Origin: Octopus sinensis
Lineage: Eukaryota
DNA: 64,000 nt
Reading direction: 5' to 3'
Assembly (NCBI RefSeq): GCF_006345805.1
Contig: NC_042997.1
Span: 2,542,001-2,606,000, forward strand
Shown here: in pieces, positions 57,701-64,000 of the stretch
How positions within the stretch are numbered: position 1 is the stretch's first letter
Layout: each line of letters begins with the position of its first letter
Notes under the pieces: generated by a model
The model's input: the letters and a program-made list of their open reading frames with translations, nothing else
Databases searched by the model: none
Told to the model about the DNA's origin: nothing
Program-made: the position numbers and the translations under genes

Positions 57701-59081
57701 CTGCCAATTTCATTCTATTGTAACCCAGTGCTTAATTGATTATATGAACGGGTGTTTTCAATTCTATTTATCTAACAATATTTATGCATGAATGTAGACG
57801 CTGTGGGCAAAATCAAAACATTATAACGCTGGGACAACATAGCTATTCATAATAAAGTTGATTTTGGACAGTTCATACTTTCAATCAGCTGATATAGGTT
57901 TTTTGTTAGTGTTCTGGCTAAAATATATATATTGCACATATTGTCTCTAATTCCGTAAAATTGTTATATGCAATCAAATTAATATACTCATGAAAGGAAA
58001 AGTACGTATGATACCCATTACAATAAAAGTTATGAGACTATAGTGGCATATTGTTGGTATGCTGGTGTTGAATCCTAGCTATATCTTATACTGAAATATC
58101 GTAGAAAGATGCTGGCAGGAACAATTTATATTGTTACAAACCTTTTATACATAAATAAAAAATACAATCTGATTTATCATATAAAATTATATATTATTTC
58201 GCATATATGCTCTCTTTGTATATATTAGTAAGTATAGTATTCTGTGCAAGTTCCATCACCATAAAAACATTATCTCATTATAAATTATAGCATGTGAGAG
58301 ACACATCCGATATTTGATGCTTTCAGGAGGGAAATGATTTCTGTATCGTATTTCTTCTTATACTAATTTCCACGAGAATACTCGACTAAAATATTTTAAA
58401 AAATATATCCATTCTGAAGTGAAAATATGATATTAGACTAAAATGAGGAGGTCTACAACTGTAACAAGATATTTATCGAAAATCGGAATGTGTTTTCTTT
58501 TTGGGCATTCCAATTTCAGATTCTTACCTCCAATTTTCGTATACGAGAAAGCCACTTTAATCAATATCAGTTGCTAAGAATATGATCAAATCTGTATTCC
58601 ATTGTGAGGTCCAATTATATTTTTTAAGAGATTTCTTTCTCAACATTATTGAATAATATGCTTAACAGTGATAAAATATTTACTCTTTGAATATATGTAG
58701 GCGGAAGAGAAACTATCGGACGTTTAAATTGGAAAGTTATTTGTCTTTAATATATTCTTGTAGATAAAACGAAGAATAATGAGAAACGATACCACGGTAT
58801 ATAACATGTATCTATAAAATAAGCTCCACATGAAAAAATAATTTTAAAACAGAAATGTTTTTCTATGCTTCTTTTAAAGCGTTAATGAAAATTATGATGT
58901 ATATGCTTCAAATTTGTGCATGCATCATTTGAGCTGGTTTGTTTAATGTCACATTTCAATCAGTATATATTTATATGATTTTCTTTCAAACTAATGCTAA
59001 TAAGTATTGCTTATATTCATGATGTATAACGGAAAATATAGTTGCGCATATATATATCAGCGTGTGTATGTGTGTAGGTGC

Positions 59082-59112
<31 letters not shown>

Positions 59113-59330
59113 CTAATAATCACATTACATGCTAAATAATCACATTATGTGCTAAAATATGCTAATATATATCGTTTGTTTTCTTCTGCTCTCTAAAAAA
59201 ATATTAATTAAATGTTTTACATTGCTATACAGTATATTTGAGTTTCTCTTTCTATTTTTCATTCTTTAACTGAATATCTAAATGATTCAATAAGTGTGTC
59301 TGTGTGAATGTACATATACATATATATCAA

Positions 59331-59690
59331 GAGTAGCTGTGTGGTAAGGTGATTGCTTCCCAATCACATGTTTCTAGGTTCAGTTCCACTGCGTGGCAAC
59401 TTGGCCAAGTTTTTACTACTATAGCCTTGTGAGTGGATCTGGTAGAGGGAAACTGAGAGAAGCCCGTTCTATATATATATATATATATAAATATGCATCT
59501 GTTTTTATCCCCCACCATCGCATGAAACCAATGTTGGTGTGTTTACGTCCCTGAAACTCAGTGGTTCAGCAATAGAACCGATAGAATAAGTCCTAGACTT
59601 ACACTGCATAAGTTCTGGTGTCGAATTGTTCGACTAAAGGCGGTACTACAACATGGCCGCAGGCAAATGGATAAAATGAGTAAAAATATA
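59331..59690 (+). mobile_element. tRNA-derived SINE, near full length (family of 20888 and 24082)
   Basis: Head GTAGCTGTGTGGTAAGG..GGTTCAGTTCCACTGCGTGGC; internal (TA)n; 3' part CCGATAGAATAAG..GTTCGACTAAAGGCGGTACTACAACATGGCCGCAG. Confidence 0.88.
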
Positions 59691-59814
59691 GAAGACTAAA
59701 AGAATACACACACAGACGTGTGAAAGCTAGCATTGACTATATATCACAGTAATGTCATGTGACATTTCCGGCTAATTGTGCACGTGGTACCAGAACTGAC
59801 AAGTGGAAGCATGA

Positions 59815-59860
<46 letters not shown>

Positions 59861-60793
59861 AATATCGTACAAGTATGTATGTTTATGTAAATAATATACA
59901 CTTACACGTGCCTACACACAGAAAATATATGCAGAAACAGATACATACATATATAATAATGTGCATATGTATGCGCGTGAGTGTGTATATGTGTATGGGT
60001 TTGCATGAATGTACTTGTATATATATATTGGTATGAGTAAGTGTGCGTGCATGTGTGTGCATAAGTGTGTATGTGTGTGTATTATGTGGGTGTACATGTT
60101 TGTATGTGTGTACGTGTGTACGTGTGTGTGTATGCGTGTGTGGATAAATACATTGATCTGACAGCCAGCTTGTATTAGTAGGTTATATCTTCAAGGACTC
60201 ACAGGTCCCAACAAAACATCATCATAACTTAAATCAGTCGTTGGAGATTACACATTGCTATGTGGAAAATAAAACAAGACACGAAATTAACCATTTTCAT
60301 AGTTCGTACGCTATTTACTTTCATTTGATCAAGACGTCTGTGCAATAGAATACAATATAAAACAAGAGAAAAGAACAATACTTTGATGTGAGGCAGTTTG
60401 ACAGGAAGGAAACATTTATCATTGGCATGCTGGCACTATTACATGATTAAAAGCTTGTTTAATAGAGATATTCCAGTATTAAATGGTGCTTGAATATCTT
60501 TCATCTTTGTCGCTAGGAAATCAGATATATCGCAATTCGATTCTGTAATATATTTATGTATGATTTGGGCAGTGAAAGTCATACACACGAATAATTTCTC
60601 AAATACAGGTCTACACACCGACATGCATACGAATACAAACGTAGATTCGCATATATATATATATATATATATATATAAAGAGAGAGAAAGAGAGGGAGAG
60701 ATAGATAAATAGACATGGTTATGTGTATTCATATATTTATGTATGCTCACATACACATAAACATTCACACATATATAAATGTATGTATGCATG

Positions 60794-60826
<33 letters not shown>

Positions 60827-60889
60827 TATACATATAGATGCATACTTTTACATATACGCATATACATATATACATACACACACACACAC

Positions 60890-60928
<39 letters not shown>

Positions 60929-61214
60929 CTGAAGAAAGAAGGGGGATAATTATTGTCTTATACAGCACAACTACTTAGCGCCTAATAGGGCTTCAGGAAT
61001 ACAAGACCAAGAGAGGACAAGTACAACTATGATTTATATGTGTTTATATATTTATATGTGTATATATTTTATATTATATCATGTATACATACATGAGTAC
61101 ACCCATGTACGCTGTGAAGTGTTCCGATGGTGCGAAATATATTGAGCGATTAAGAACACTCACTTCTGAAATGTATCCACTTTCCTGGTCATAAATACAT
61201 ACATACACACACAC

Positions 61215-61269
<55 letters not shown>

Positions 61270-61286
61270 CATCTCTTTACACACAC

Positions 61287-61317
<31 letters not shown>

Positions 61318-61704
61318 CATACATACATGTCTTTATGTATGGTCATTCCAATAAATCATTGCAATAGAAATGACATTTGTCAACTTTAGAGACAGCAGTA
61401 ATTTGTGAACCTTAAATCTTATGATAGTGCGTTTGTGAGAGTTAACGCATGTACTTATATGCTGTTTTTAGTTAAATAAACGCAGGTATGAATATACGCA
61501 TATATATACATACGTGTGTGTGCGAGAGAGAAAGTGTGCACGTATCTATCTGCATATTATATAGAACTGACAGAAGTGATGGAAGTTCCGATCCTGCGAG
61601 ACATTTATATATTCCTGCAGAAAGAGAAATGCTCTTTCTTAAAATTTAATTTGTAATCTGGTTAGCAGCAAGTGAGCAAATTCCAATGACAGTATTTACC
61701 TTTC

Positions 61705-61849
61705 GTAAGTAGTTAGCTTACCAACCACATAGTTTCGGTTTCAGTCCTACTGCGTGGCATATTGGACGAGTGTCTTTTAGTATAGACTAGGGCCTACCAA
61801 AGCTTTGTGAGTGGATTTGGTAGACGGAAACTGAAAGAAGCCCGTGGAA
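61705..61849 (+). mobile_element. SINE 5' half (same family)
   Basis: CCAACCACATAG..GTTTCAGTCCTACTGCGTGGCA..CCAAAGCTTTGTGAGTGGATTTGGTAGACGGAAACTGAAAGAAGCCCG. Confidence 0.85.
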
Positions 61850-62544
61850 TATATATATATAAACATCCTGAAATCAACACCAGCAACAATTCGAATAGTG
61901 AACTGAGAAAACCTAGTGATAATAAAACGATAATAGTGACAACCGAAATACCGAAGAGAACCAATCTCTCCAGCGCTCGATGGACACAAACCACCAAAAT
62001 CATACCGTTATGCTCATGCAGTGATAGATCCATTTGCCCTTTGGATAACCAACGTATGACTAGGAATGCCGTATACACGTGCTCTATAAACACTCGAGGA
62101 GGCACCTAAATATATATCTGGGCATCAGCCGATTTCTTAAAAACATTTAAACCGCAAAAACATCGCCAACTATCGAAATATGCTCAAACGACATGTAACA
62201 TCACTGGCCGATTTTACTTGACTTAAGGAAGCAAAGATAAAAATACGATCTTACAAGGTCCATGCTTAGACACGCGAATCCCTTCAACACTGTATCCTGC
62301 AAATGCAAATTAGGATCCGAGGTGTCACTCCCGATAATATTGAAAAAGGAGCGCATTATAAATAAATTCACTAACAATTACCAAGATGCCTACACGTAGA
62401 TAAATATACATTTACACACTACAACCAAGATTATACATAATTTGATATACACATGGCGCCCATAACTTTTAATACAAATGAACTTAAGGAAATATATTTT
62501 AATATCCTGTATTTGACACGTTATCATGCCATCTAATCCATACA

Positions 62545-62567
62545 AGAATATATATATATATAATATA

Positions 62568-62639
<72 letters not shown>

Positions 62640-62743
62640 ATATAATATATATATGTATATATGTATATATATGCGTGTATTTATAATTATATATGTATAT
62701 ATGTGTATGCATGTGCATATATGTGTATGTGTGTGTGCGCGTG

Positions 62744-62786
<43 letters not shown>

Positions 62787-62905
62787 AGAGATATACATAT
62801 GTGTACATTTCTATCGGTGCGCATTTGTGCTTGTTTTTAGGTGTATGTATATATTGATGTGAATTTGTGCATGCGTGTTCACGGGCCTAAGGTTATATAC
62901 GTATA

Positions 62906-63003
<98 letters not shown>

Positions 63004-63299
63004 CATTATATATTTACTTATTTGTATACGCGACTGTATTAACCAGTGTGCGTGTGTCAAACTTTGCACAGATGTCGCTTTACGTACAAATAGATGCACA
63101 TAGTTATCTATGCTATGCGCGTATATTTATGTATACATGGGCCTGTGTGCCTGTATATATGAGTTCCTATACATATATGTATGTATTCGCCAATAAGTAC
63201 GCTTATGCACGTGTATCTAGTTGAAAGTACATATCCATACCTTGGATGTGCGTATGTGAGCGCATATGTATAAGTGCATATATATATAATATATATATA

Positions 63300-63385
<86 letters not shown>
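62545..63385. repeat. Cluster of (TA)n/(TG)n/(TATG)n microsatellites, representative of dozens across the window
   Basis: Direct inspection; these arrays generate the spurious IY/VC/HT-repeat ORFs. Confidence 0.95.
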
Positions 63386-64000
63386 CCTTAAATTTTTTAA
63401 AATGTATTAGCCCGAAGGTCGCGGCCATGCTGGGGCACCACCGCTGTATATATACATACATACATGCACATATGTATGTGTGTATGTACACGTGCGTATG
63501 AAAACGAATACAAAAAATGTCCTCTAAGTATTAACTTCCTTTCTACTTCTTTTTGTTTCTCAACACTTACAACAACGACGGCTCATTACGTCATTTTCTC
63601 AAGATTTTCAGGTTCACATTTGCATTTTTCGCGTTTCAATTTTTCCTTGTTTTTTACTCATTCCCATAGATTACGGACAGCGATACGTAAAAGAGACAGC
63701 TATACGTAAAACTGAATCTCTAGTGAGACATATTTATTATATATTTATGTAACCGAAGAGACACAGAACGGGTCAAAACATGTGTCGGACTAAATAAAAT
63801 CATTTTTTCCATATATTTTATTAATACTGTTGCCTCAACTGACACAGTGAAGTTCCTGCAATCTACGGATAATAACAGGTAATATAAACTGTGCTGCTGT
63901 TGTACTCATCATCCACTTATACATTTTGTATAATTTCTCCATTTTATATATAATATATATATATATATGTGGGTATGTGTGTGTGTCTGTGTGTCTCTCT

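Noticed and set aside
63560-63720. Minus-strand GTAAGT donor near 63568 with a CpG-containing upstream segment
   Set aside because: Weak exon-side consensus and no supporting coding signal.

Overview
AT-rich, microsatellite-dense animal genomic DNA. The SINE, LINE and Helitron families and the (TA)n/(CA)n load resemble Octopus, so a coleoid cephalopod is inferred; there are no prokaryotic features. The only host coding sequence I can support is one large minus-strand exon (3332-4584). It encodes the N-terminal ~400 aa of an uncharacterised signal-peptide-bearing, cysteine-rich multidomain protein with an embedded ShKT module. The gene continues to the left of the exon, probably beyond the window, and a candidate 5'UTR exon ends at 18961. 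The rest is intron or intergenic DNA. It holds a near-full-length but dead R4/Dong-clade retrotransposon inside (TAA)n repeats, a HERO-like LINE fragment, a young CR1-group LINE 3' end inserted in (TA)n, a non-autonomous Helitron with canonical termini, a 165-bp-TIR MITE, a decayed piggyBac-like remnant, many tRNA-derived SINEs and several hammerhead-like motifs. The most striking unexplained structure is a recurring set of rearrangements whose junctions lie at (TA)n arrays: three 0.6-0.95 kb tandem duplications, one mini-duplication and two fold-back inversions. These are either a real microsatellite-driven rearrangement process or assembly artefacts.
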